Positions 1-10,770 of a DNA stretch of 64,000 nt are shown here, piece by piece. The notes below the pieces were generated by a model, which was given only the letters and a program-made list of their open reading frames with translations, did not search any database and had not been told where the DNA came from. Source of the DNA: Protoeuglena noctilucae (Eukaryota); assembly GCA_958009085.1 (NCBI GenBank), contig OY253673.1, forward strand, positions 496,001 to 560,000, read 5' to 3'. Positions within the stretch are counted from its first letter, which is position 1. Every line of letters begins with the position of its first letter. The translations under genes and the position numbers were made by a program.

Positions 1-1477
1 CCTGGGTGTGGAAGCGGCCGCGCAGGGCCGCGTGCGCCTCGGGCTCCAAGTGGTAGAAGCACAGGTCCTCCATCTCGGCCTGCGCTCGGAGAAGGCACGG
101 AGTGTGGCGTCGAGCGGCCACTGCCCCTGAGCGCTAGCTGTTATGATGCAAACCCTGCGGGGCTGCGAGTCGCGCTGTGGCAGTCCCCCGGGCTCACCTT
201 GACGCTCGAGAGGCCGATGCGCGAGGCGAGGGGCACCAGGATGTCCAGGCAGGCGCGCGCAAAGGCGCGTCGCCGCTCCGGGGTGCGGGCCTGCAAACGC
301 CGCAGCTCCACTAAGCAGTCGGAGGGGCACAGGACGCATGCACGCACGTCCGCCATCGAAAGGAGGATGTTCCGAAGATCCTCCGAGGCCGCCGTGGCGC
401 CCTCCAGGTTGACGATGCCGCCCATACGGTGCGCGTCCATCACCATGCTGCGCAAGTCTTCAGGGAACGCCCCCACGATGGCGTCGACGGTGGTGATCGG
501 GAGGTGCTTGCGGAGGGGCAACAGCAGCGCCGCGCTGGCGACGGACGCGTCGAGGCCGAGCTCGGCCACAACCGCCGCCCCGTGCAGCGCGGCCATGATG
601 ATCGCCTCCCCCAAGTGCTGCCGCTCCTGCGGGCGCGGCAGGCAGCGGGTCGTTCGTGGGTGCGCTGCGGAACCCCAGTCCGCAGACGAGCCGCAGCGGC
701 CGCGCTCTCACCCCCAAGGCTTGCCGCGCCGCGTTGAAGGCGCTGGCGAAGACCGGGCGCTGCAGGGCCGGGTACCTGGCCTGGAGCGCCCGGAAGAGAC
801 TGGAGGCGCGCTCGGCGATTAAACTGCTCGCGCGATTTGCGGGGGCGGACGCCGGGGAGAGCGGCGAGGGTGCGCCCCGGACGTCCAAGACCTGGTTGAG
901 GAGGCCGCGGGGGTGGCCGTCCCGGGCGTCGGCCCAGGGCGCGGCGCCGGCGGCCGGCGAGGGGCCCTGGGGCTCCAGCGTAGGGAAATTGGCGGCGGGG
1001 TGGGCGTCAAGCTCGGCGGCGGGCACGGACACCCGTGGCTGGAAGCCGACAAAGGTCGGGGCGGAGTTGGACACGTCGCGCCGCCGGAGCTGGTCGCCGG
1101 AGCCGCGGACGAAGGACGAGGTCGACGGCGTGCGGTGGAAGGAGCGCGCCTCGTCGTCGGCGCCCATGGCCAGCGACGCATGCGACTGCCTGCGCTCTCG
1201 CTCGTGACTCGTGGGCGTCACGCCGTAGGGCACGTTCTGCGGCGGAGGCGGGGCACGGGAAGCGCATTCACGTCGAGAACTAGGTGCGTCGGCGGGGACA
1301 GCGCGGCGCGCGGGCGCCCGCATGCGGCCCCGAGGGTGCCCCAGGAGTTACGAGGCCACGCACCAGGCTCCCCGCGGGCGGCGTCGTGCCGATGTTGAGT
1401 TGCCGCGCCGACGGAACCTCCGCCGGCTTCGACTTCGCGGCCGTCGAGGGGATTCGGACGGGCTGCGACGTCTGCAT
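1..1477 (-). CDS. RSH: RelA/SpoT homolog (plant RSH2/3-like), N-terminal part; runs off the window start
   Basis: Spliced exons give LQARYPALQRPVFASAFNAARQA...LRNILLSMADVRACV...RRRAFARACLDILVPLASRIGLSSVK|AEMEDLCFYHL, matching the RSH HD-domain/linker region. Start codon uncertain (1477 or 1624). Confidence 0.85.
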
Positions 1478-2382
1478 CCTGCTTCCCTCCGCCCTACGAA
1501 GGGTTGGCGAATAGCCGCTCGGTCGCGCCCCAATAGCGCCGTTCGCCCCGCGTGCGGGCCGAAGTTGCTTCTGTCCTTCCGACTGCAGGGCGGGCGGGGG
1601 CGACGGGGCTTCGCGGGACGGCACACCACTTTTGGAGGTGGCACCTCAGACCCGCCGTCGCCTCGGCGCGAGTCCCGGCGGGCCGAGCTCGCGGCGTGTA
1701 CCTCGGTCGCAAAGCATACTATCGCGCAAGGCGGGTCGCGCGCCGGGGCGACGCTCGACGAAACGCCTTTTCGGCCCGACGAGCGCGCGGGAGGCGCGAC
1801 GACGGCCACGTGCCACCCACTCACCCGACTGAGACGAGCTGAGAGCGGGCGAGACGCGCGTTCGCCGGGCTGCGAGCTGGGGGCGCCTGGAGGGCGGTAG
1901 CTGAGACGGGGCGCGGTTTCTAAGGGCCAGCAGGCACCCTCAAGTGCAATACGCTGGCTGCAGACGATGTGAGGTGGGGGGCGGCCTCGGGAAGGCCTTG
2001 GCGAGGTGCACGGGGACACACTTGCAGCTGTCGTGCCAGGTCAAGCCTCCGCAACCGGCTCTGACGCCGAGCGACTGCGAGAGGCTCCCGAATCGATCAA
2101 GTGTGGCTTGAATGTGACCTGTCCGCGCGCGTACACCGCTCCGTACGTGAGGAATTTCTGCTTTTGACGAAGCGAGCGACCCGACGCGACTGCAGCGCGT
2201 GCCTCCGTCGCCAGGCTCTCCAGGGGCGCGGCAAGCTGACGCTGCGTCTGCGAGCTCGAGTAACTGACGGACTAGTATCCAAGGAGCAAGAGTCGGTGTG
2301 TGGGGGGAGTCTGTGGGAGCGAAGTGGCTGGTGGGAGCCCCGGGGCCGCTCCACCATGGTGCCGGGCGTATGCCTTCCTTCC

Positions 2383-3318
2383 ATGTCGTGCACCGCTCAT
2401 GCTGGGCGCGCTCAGCGGAGTTGCGGGGCATCGATCCGGCCAGTCCAGCACAGCCGACTGCTGGGGACGGATAAGCATTCGTTCGGGGGCGCCGTTCAGC
2501 GGCGGCGGGGCAGCACGTGCGTGGCTCGGTCATTCTTGGGCGTTGGTGCTCCTGAGGCGATTCTGATCGTCGGTGAGTGCGGGAACCACGGGAACGGTGG
2601 CTGGAAAGCGGATGCGGCGGTGCTTCTGAAGGCGAATCCGAATCCCGCCCGCTCGCGCTGTCCCCAGTGGTGTCACTAGCGGTCTTTGGGCCAAAGGGAC
2701 TGGCGGAGGCGGCCAAGTCGGTGGGCTCGGCCTTGAAGGCCTTCACGCCCACGCTGCGGGAGGTGGCGTCCATTTCCTCCGATCTCAAGACGACGCTGGA
2801 GGAGGAGATTGGGCTAGACGACATTAAGCGGGAGTTCAACGGCGTCGCTGAGGTGCCGCACGCATAGCAGCGGCGGGTCGAGAGCACGTCTGGGAGAGCA
2901 GCGCTGAGGGACTGGCTCTCATCCGCCGCAGAGCGTGTACCGGCCCACGACGAGCGGCAGTCGGAAGGGCGGTGGTAAGGGGCTTCCCTCCGACGAGGAG
3001 GCCCGGCAGCTCGACCCCACGATTGACGACCTGCGCAAGCGTAGCGCAGAGATGGCGTGGGCGTCCAGCAAGAACGGGGTCGCCGCGACCGACGATGCCA
3101 CGGAGCGCAAGGAGGAGAAGGTCAGCTCTGCGATTTGTGGTGGTGCTGTGCTGTGATGTGATGCCTGCCAGGCAGTGCTGGCGACCGTACGTGGCGCTCC
3201 CCTCCTGCAGGTAGCTGAGCGACCCGAGGCCCCGCCTGCCAAGAAGTCGCTCGCCGACCTCTCGGTTGATGAGCTGGAGGCCGAGCTGGCGGCGCGCAAG
3301 GCCAAGCAAAACTCATAA
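2383..3318 (+). CDS. tatB: Thylakoid Tat translocase subunit Hcf106/TatB (4 exons)
   Basis: Transit-like N-terminus, then SFLGVGAPEAILIVG|VVSLAVFGPKGLAEAAKSVGSALKAFTPTLREVASISSDLKTTLEEEIGLD, typical of Hcf106. Confidence 0.9.
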
Positions 3319-3532
3319 CAGGCGTTTGGGTTTCACTGGCAAGCTGTCACATCGCCTGTCACAGTTGAAAGTTGCACGTTTCACGGCACAGCTTCTGAAG
3401 CGCTGGTCAAATCGTGACGTCCCCGACACCCGTATCCGCCAATCATTGGCTGCCACTGTCTGCATCAGCTCGGGGGGAGCCCTCACATTCAGGAGAACGC
3501 CCTGGGCCGACGACGAGGCGCCCTGGACCGAG

Positions 3533-4510
3533 ATGAGTGGTTGGGAAGCATGGATTGACGCTCTTTGCGCCGAGCACCAGACCCCGGACGAGAGGCAGGA
3601 GAGCATCAAGGAGGCGGCCATCATCGGGCTGGATGGCAGCGTTTGGGCGAAGAGCGCACCGTTACCCGAGGTGACGCGTTTCACTGCCCGTAAGCGCGCC
3701 TCTCGAGGACTCTGATCCACCCCCGGGACGCGCGCGCTGCCGGCTTTCGGGGTGCACCCTGCAGTTACGCGTCGCGAGTCCCGGCGCGGCGATTCCCGCC
3801 GCAGATATCCGAGTCCGAGGCGCTTGCGATCGCACGTGGTTTCGAGCAGTCGGCACAGGTGAATCGTGCCCGGATCTCCCCCGGGACGCGCGCACAGCAT
3901 TCCACGTGTCGTGCGCCAGGTGGATCCCCGCCGTATCGCACCGCGTAGGGTCGAGGACGTGCGAGGATGTGCGAAGTGCTCGTAGTGCTCCTTCCCCTCC
4001 CGCAGCTGGCCCAGCACGGGATCATCGTTGCCGGGACCAAGTACACGTTTGTGCAGGGCAGCGGAGACGTCATCCGGGGGGTGCGGAGCTACTTGGTTAG
4101 GGTGCGTGCGCGCGTGCCGTTTGAGGGGCGATGCGTGAGAGGCTTCGCAAATGCGTAAGTTCGAGGGGAGCTGCACCTCACGCTTGCCACGCAGGACGGG
4201 GGAGTGGATGAGGATGGGGAGCCCACAGGCACAAAGCACACGGTGTCATTCGTGGCCAAGGTGACGAGCCGCATGAGCCCAGCAAGCTGCAGTGCCTGAT
4301 GGGGGACTTGCGGATTGCTGCGTGCGCTTGGTTGGCCCGGCAAGCATCGGCTTGGGGCCTCATGTCAACTCGGGCACGGCTCTTCTATCGACGCAGAAGA
4401 CCAACACGGCGTTCGTCGTCGGGATCTTCAGCCCTGAGGACATTTTGAAGGAGACGGCCAACAACCACATCGAGACGGTCGCATCGGCGCTCATCGCGAG
4501 CGGCGTGTGA
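3533..4510 (+). CDS. Profilin (5 exons)
   Basis: MSGWEAWIDAL...AAIIGLDGSVWAKS...GIIVAGTKYTFVQG...KTNTAFVVGIF...IETVASALIASGV*. Confidence 0.92.
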
Positions 4511-4542
4511 GCTGCCCAGCGTGGCTCCGTTGTCTGCCCCTT

Positions 4543-6326
4543 CTACGCCCGCCCCAGCATTGCCACGTACCACTCGGTTCCGAGCCAGAGGGTCACCATC
4601 GCGACCCCCAGCACCAGTTGAAGCGTGGCGCCTATGAAAGGGGGGCTGCCGTTACGCCCCTGCAGCTGCGAAGAAGCGGCTATGTCGCAGTTGAGACGCT
4701 GTCTGCATCAACGACAAGCACAGGCACAGGATGCAGCCCCCTTCACCCCCGTCCCACATCACCTGCGCCACGCCGCACGAGTGCCTGGCGTCGCATGCGG
4801 TGGGGCGATCTCCAGAGAGCGAACCGCTCCGCGCCCAAGACGTTTCCAGGTCCTTCCCGGCGCCGGCCAGCGCCGCCACCAGCCGGGCCACCTCCTCCCT
4901 CAGCGCGGCAATCTCTGCCGCCTGCTGCCTCGCCACGGCCCCGGTGGCATCGGCCTCGGACAGGACGTGGGCCTTGGGCGTGTTGCGGATCTGCTTGGCC
5001 CGCGCCCCGAAGCGCAGCGTGCTGAGCGTCTCCGAGCTGTGGAGCATGCTGGGGGAGCACGCCAGGAGCAGGCACGTCCGGGACGATCCCCCGAGGGCGT
5101 CCTGTAAAATCCGCGTGAGCTTCGAGTCTCTGCGCGGTGAGGTGGGAGACACATCACGATTCGGCGTATGGATTCTCGTCTCCCTCGGGTACAGCGAGCG
5201 TGGCTTGGCAAGGGTCGGCCACCCCAGGCCGGACCGTCCATTGCCCGCACCGGTACGGCACGTGAGAGCTGTGGCCGTCTGTCAGGGCCTTGATGACGAG
5301 GCCGAGCGTCGTCAGCGACTTGTTGATCAGCTTGGCCTCCTCAAGCTGGTCCCCCACGGCGCCCGTCTTGCCGAGTGATTCACTGCCAGCCAGGTCCACC
5401 AGGTGGAGCCTGCCCGTGGACTCCTGGCACAGGAGCACGTCACGTCGCTTGACAGCGATGACGATGCACATGTGGGATCGGGAGGACGCATCGTTCAGGC
5501 CAGTGGAGGACTGCGGGGGTAGCGCCATGGCGCAGTCGCAAGTGGTGCAGCAACGTAGCGCACTGCGGCCCAAGACCGCAGCGGCGAGGGTTACCACGCA
5601 GCGCAAGGCCATGGCTTGACTGGCCACGTCGACGAAGTGCTCCGCGGAGGTGATGGGGAGCTCGGTGGCCCCGACCACATGGACGCCACGCATGCGGTCG
5701 GCGCGGACGTCGAGGTCTGCCTTTGTCCCCGATGTGTCCAGCAGACACCGCACGCGCTCCTTGTAGATCTCGACGCAAGAGAGCTGCAGGGAGGGGGCCC
5801 AGGCTTTGAGTCGGTGCTCTGCTTGGAGATGAGCACGCGTTCCATGCAGCTGCGGCCCACCTTGACCTCGTATTCGATGCCGTCGGTAGTGTTGCCGACC
5901 GCGTCGAAGATCTGGCGTGCGGCACGGCTGATGACGCCGTCGTTCTCTCCCTCTCCTGACCCGCCCTCCATGGCCCCAGCCATGGTGTACGTCTTGCCGC
6001 TCCCGGACTGGCCGTACGCGAAGAACGTGCCATGGAAGCCCGCGAGGACGTTCTGCACGAGCTCTCGGGCAGCAGCGTCGTACACCTCCGCCTGCGACGC
6101 AGCAGGCCCGAACACGCCGTCGAACGTGAAGCACTGAGGTCCCTCGCTGCCCCTGCCCGCCAAAGCGACCGTCCTGCCGTCCGATGCGATGTTCACGCAC
6201 GTTCCCCAGGCCCCCGTCGTCTCTGCGGCATGGTTGGGTGGCCGAAACCGAGCGAAGACCCTGCGGGCAGGAACGGGCGGTTCAGCCGCTCGTAAGGGCC
6301 GCTACACCTGGGCATAGAACTGCCAT
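4543..6326 (-). CDS. Short kinesin motor protein (kinesin-1/PSS1-like) with a predicted C-terminal hydrophobic segment
   Basis: VFARFRP, P-loop [61 protein letters not shown]. Last exon 4659-4543 is inferred. Confidence 0.92.
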
Positions 6327-6808
6327 GGCGTGTGCAGGCGCGGGCGGGGAAGCGGGGAGGGCGGGGCCACGGGGTCGGCGCGGAAATGCGATGCTGCGCG
6401 TGAAATGGGAGCGAGCCGGCGAGCCGATTCCGTGGTCTTACCCCTCCGCCTCGGGGGCCTGCTCCCCTATCACCTTACTGCGCTTCCATTGGGACCTTCA
6501 GCCGGGTCGTCGGCCGGCTTCATCCCGCCCAGCTCCTCGGGTGCTGGGCAGCCCGTAGCGCCGCGCCCTCGACCCTCCGCCTCACGTGAGACGCTCCACC
6601 GGGCCCTTTGTTGATAACAACGACTCGCTGTCTACTCGTACCGTGCTACCGTCCCCTGGGCCGAGAGCTCCGGGGGCTTGCATCCCGGCGCTCGAAACGC
6701 CGTCGCGCCGGTACCCGGGCGCGGTGAGCCGGCGCTTCCGGTCAGTTTCGCTCCTTCTTGCCAAACCCGCGGTCGCCCGAGCCCTTGCCGATTCCCTCGA
6801 TCCAAGTC

Positions 6809-8661
6809 ATGGCGGGGGTCCCCCCGGCCCCCAGCGCCCGGGCGGAGGCACCAAGGCGAGTCCTCGCTTCTGTGTGGCGCATTGGACGCCCTCAGTGCGG
6901 CCGCGCGGCGTGCAGGGCCGCGGACCGCGCGCGCTCGCGCGTACCGTCCATCCAAGCGCGCCAGCGTTCATGGTGGGCCTGCCGGCCCGACGAAGGCTCT
7001 GACCCCCGCCTTCAGTCCCTTGCTGTGCAGACAGTGTTTCCTGCACGCCTTCCCCGCCCGTGCTATCGGCCATCACCCGCTGCCGCGTGGGCCATCGTGG
7101 CGGACGCACAGGTAGGGACACACGTGGCGTCGCGCGGGAATCCCCGGGCCCGCCGCGAGGCATGGCCGCGGGAATCGCGGGTTCGAGCCCCTTCGACAAG
7201 CACCCGCCGCGCCCGCTCGCCCGCAGGCTCGGGCATTGGCGGCCTCGAAGCGCCCTCAATTTCGTCGCCGAGTCCCTCGGCCCTACGCCGAGAATCGGGG
7301 CGTACACGTCCAAGAAGTGAGTCGCTGGCTTGGCATCATTCCATGGCGCCGTGCGCGCCTGCTTTCGGCGCCGAACGCGCAGCGGGCCGCCTCGCTCGTG
7401 TCTCCCGTTTGCCGAGCCATCTCTGTCACATCCCCGCGCGCAGCCCCATTTTCGTGGACCCGGACGGGAGCAAGCTGAAGAAGTGGGTGGTTGACAACGG
7501 AGGCAGCGTGCACGAGTCGCTGGCGGTCGCCTTCAACGCGCCCAGCGGCAGCCGTGGCGTGGTGGCCACGGCACCCATCGAGGAGGCCGGGGTGAAGCTG
7601 GTGGAGGTGCCGGAGGTGCGTTCCTGCGCACATCGACGCTTTCCTTGACGCGAACGCCGCTGCGGAGCATGTGCGGACCCACGGGGGGCATGACGACCTC
7701 CCTCCCGCGCGCTTGTCCGCAGTCGCTCTACCTCACCAACGTGCTGCTGGGGACGGACCGGTACCAGAGGCTGCTGAAGAAGAGCAAGGCGGTCGTGGAC
7801 CACCTTCCGGCGTACCTGCAGCTCGCGCTGGTCCTGGCGATTGAGGCTGAGGCAGGGACCGCGTCCTTCTGGGCGCCGTACATCAACTGCATCCGGGACC
7901 AGCGGGAGCCGAACGGCTGGGCGAAGGTGAGATGTTTGGAGAGCTGCGGGCGTGGATGACAGGCTTGCAGCATGGCTGTCAACCCCAGGGGGAGGCCCAC
8001 TTGTCTTTGCAGAGCAAGGAGGAGGTGCAGTATTACTTGGAGAGCCAGGGGCTGCTGGGGGAGATACCGGACTGGGAGAAGAAGTGGCAAGATGCCAAGG
8101 ACGCAATAGAGGCTCAGGTGGGGCAGGGACCGGAGAGGGCGGCTGCCATGCAGTTGCGCCGCCACTCGTGCCGAACTAGCCGTGAGCTCCCCCGCAGGTG
8201 CGGGTGCTTCGGGAGGGCTGGGGCCGGACGCTGTGCATCGAGCGCAAGCGCTTCCGGTGGGCTCTGGGCCACGTGCTGTCGCGGTGCTTTGGCGACGACG
8301 ACGTGGTGGGGCTGGCGCCCTTCATCGACTTAATGAACCACTCGAGCTATGCGCCGGCGCCCGAGGGCATGACGTGCGACGACGGGTCGGTCGTCATGTA
8401 TGTGCCCGCCGTGTGGGACGGAGAGCCCAGGTGAAGACCGCGGCATGCGCGGGGGCGTGCCCTTTGCATCGCGGCGCTCGTCTCAGTGAAAGCGGGAGCC
8501 CTCGAGCGTGCTCCTGCTCCCGCAGGCGCATGGAGGCGGGCGAGGAGGTGTTCATATCCTACGTGGCCCGCACGGACCCCATGACGGCGTATCTGAGCTT
8601 CGGGTTCGTGCCGGAGGAGTTGCTGCCCAAGAAGATTGACACTTTCCCCTCTCTGCCCTGA
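6809..8661 (+). CDS. SET-domain lysine methyltransferase (Rubisco LSMT/SETD3-like family)
   Basis: WVVDNGG...SRGVVATAPI...SFWAPYI...FRWALGHVLSRCF...LAPFIDLMNH...GEEVFISY...SFGFV. Start uncertain. Confidence 0.85.
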
Positions 8662-8793
8662 GCTGCTACCACACATGCCCTTCTACCGCGGCCACGGGTC
8701 GCTGCCTAGCGTTGTTGATGGTCTGTATGGTCTGTAGATGAGAGAGCATGCGAGTCGCCCGCCTATTCATCGCGCTTTCCTTTGAACAACGAG

Positions 8794-10014
8794 TCATGTA
8801 GACGGCGGCACAAGTGCCCATGCCCGCATGCAGTCATGCAGCCAGTCGACGGTGACGGGCGTGGCACCTCGTGGGCAGCTGTGGGGCACTCCGGGGGCAT
8901 CCACGTACAAGTCAACCCTGTTGCTACAGTTGTCGTCTCCCACATCATCAACGACCATGGCGCCCATCGCCAATGCCCGCGCCACGAGCGTGTGCCGCCC
9001 CATGTCTGGGCCTAGGTAGCGGGCAGGCACGCAAGACCTACCGAAGGCCAGGCGCTTGCCGGCGAGGACGGACCGATAATGGCGGCGCGAGCGGCCCACC
9101 TGGTCTAACGCGTCGGCGAAGGTGGTCTGCCGGCAGTCAGTCTGCTCTCGGGCCCACGTGTCCAATAGCGCCTTGATAAGAGTAAGCGCGTGAGCCAGCT
9201 CCCCTGAGGCCGGGTCCTCATCGACTGACGCCAGCGCACACCTGGCCGCCCGCACCCCGACATCGGCAAGTCGGCTCAAGTGCGCGGGAGGGAAGTAGTG
9301 ATACGGGTACACTTTAAGCACCGAACCTTGGTCGGCTTCTGCCCATACCTCGTACTTGTCGTCAAGAATCAAACAAGCGCGGCCCCTGGCCTGTGTGTGA
9401 CGGGTTTCTTTGACGAAGGCGCTCTCGCCGTCGTCTGCGGGCACCCAGTGTTCTGCTTGCAGCTCAGCTAGCGCAAGCACTGCAGGCGACACGGTCAAGG
9501 CCGCCGGACGCAGCGCACCTGAGGACAGCGCCTCTGCGAATAACGACCCTGACGACCCGCACAGGGGTCCCTGCCATTGTGCCTGCTCGCTGAGGATCTT
9601 TGCCATTGCAAGGACGTATTCCTTGCTGCCCCGGCTGTACAGGATGAGGTCGAACATGTGACGCGCCTCCCGCAGCAGCGCCACGGCCCCCGGCCGCACT
9701 CTCGTGACCATGCCGTACTGTCGCTCGTAGACGAGCGTGGCCTCAGCCCGGGGCTTGGTAACATCGGCGGCGAGGATGGCGCGCACCTGCAACACAGGCG
9801 AGCCACTGCTCGGGGCACCAGAACCAGCGCCGAGTCCCTCCAAACGCCACCCAGTCCAATCACGCACCTTCGTGAGATCCTCCTCATTCAGGTCGTCAAG
9901 GAATGCCGTGTCCACCAGCGTGTTGTTGAGGTCCAAGAGGAGAAAGGGCCTCTGCTGCTGCATGCGTTCGCCCAACTTCGTTACCACGTTGCTGTGGTCT
10001 TGCACTTCCCACAT
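8794..10014 (-). CDS. FCP1/CPL-like RNA Pol II CTD phosphatase family protein (HAD/NIF domain + BRCT) with a degenerate motif I
   Basis: LLLDLNNTLVD, TRVRPG, LILDDKYEVW, and a C-terminal BRCT-like region (LAGKRLAFG...VTVDWLHDC). Probable in-frame intron near 9790-9870. Confidence 0.8.
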   Translation of the reverse strand: MWEVQDHSNVVTKLGERMQQQRPFLLLDLNNTLVDTAFLDDLNEEDLTKVRDWTGWRLEGLGAGSGAPSSGSPVLQVRAILAADVTKPRAEATLVYERQYGMVTRVRPGAVALLREARHMFDLILYSRGSKEYVLAMAKILSEQAQWQGPLCGSSGSLFAEALSSGALRPAALTVSPAVLALAELQAEHWVPADDGESAFVKETRHTQARGRACLILDDKYEVWAEADQGSVLKVYPYHYFPPAHLSRLADVGVRAARCALASVDEDPASGELAHALTLIKALLDTWAREQTDCRQTTFADALDQVGRSRRHYRSVLAGKRLAFGRSCVPARYLGPDMGRHTLVARALAMGAMVVDDVGDDNCSNRVDLYVDAPGVPHSCPRGATPVTVDWLHDCMRAWALVPPST

Positions 10015-10231
10015 ACTCCTCGAAAATGAGCAGCCTTGCCCTCAAGAGCCCGGAGCGCAAGGCAGTCGACACGAGGATGGCTGGCATCAGCCGTCCCACG
10101 CTATCCGCGGCCTTCGCCATGCTGTTGCAGCTCATTCACGCATAATCAAGCTTCGTCAGCCTGCAATTGAGGTCGCAGACGCACCCGAGCGCCCGGACCG
10201 CGCCCAGCAGCAGCCGCGTAGTGGAAGCCCG

Positions 10232-10770
10232 ATGGCGGCCGCTGAGGGCAAGCAGGCGCTCCAGGCGCTGCGGGAACGCTTCTTTGCAGCGGTAGGAACA
10301 GTCCGGTGCTCTGTCTGTCCCTATCTTTTGAGCAAATGCGAGAGGAGCGGCTGAGCATTTGAAGCTCGCCTTCTCGCGCAGAGCGACGAGCTCCAGGACC
10401 CCGCCAGCCTCGACGCGGCCGTCGAGAAGAGTCTGAGATCAATCAAGGTCGCAGTCCAAGGGCAGCACGACGCCATGGCGGAGCGCCTGGCGGCCCTGCG
10501 CCGCGTCAGCGAGGCACGGGCAGCAAAGCACCAGGCGGCCTTGAAGCAGCTGGCGCACGACCAGCAGTCCCTTCAAGCCCAGGTCCAGCACACCGTGACC
10601 GACGGGCTGCAGAGGTGACGCGTCGCTCGTGTCTCCTTAAGATGACTCGCGTATACCTTGCCATGAACGAAAACAAAGCATGTCTTGGCTGTCGTCGCAG
10701 CGTGAACGACATGTACGCGACGCTGGGCGAGGACTTCAAGCAGCTCCGGCACAAGTACAAGCTCAACTAG
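10232..10770 (+). CDS. Small helical/coiled-coil hypothetical protein (3 exons, about 120 aa)
   Basis: Phase-consistent GT-AG introns join MAAAEGKQALQALRERFFAA|SDELQDP...AERLAALRRVSEARAAKHQAALKQL...|VNDMYATLGEDFKQLRHKYKLN*. Confidence 0.6.
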
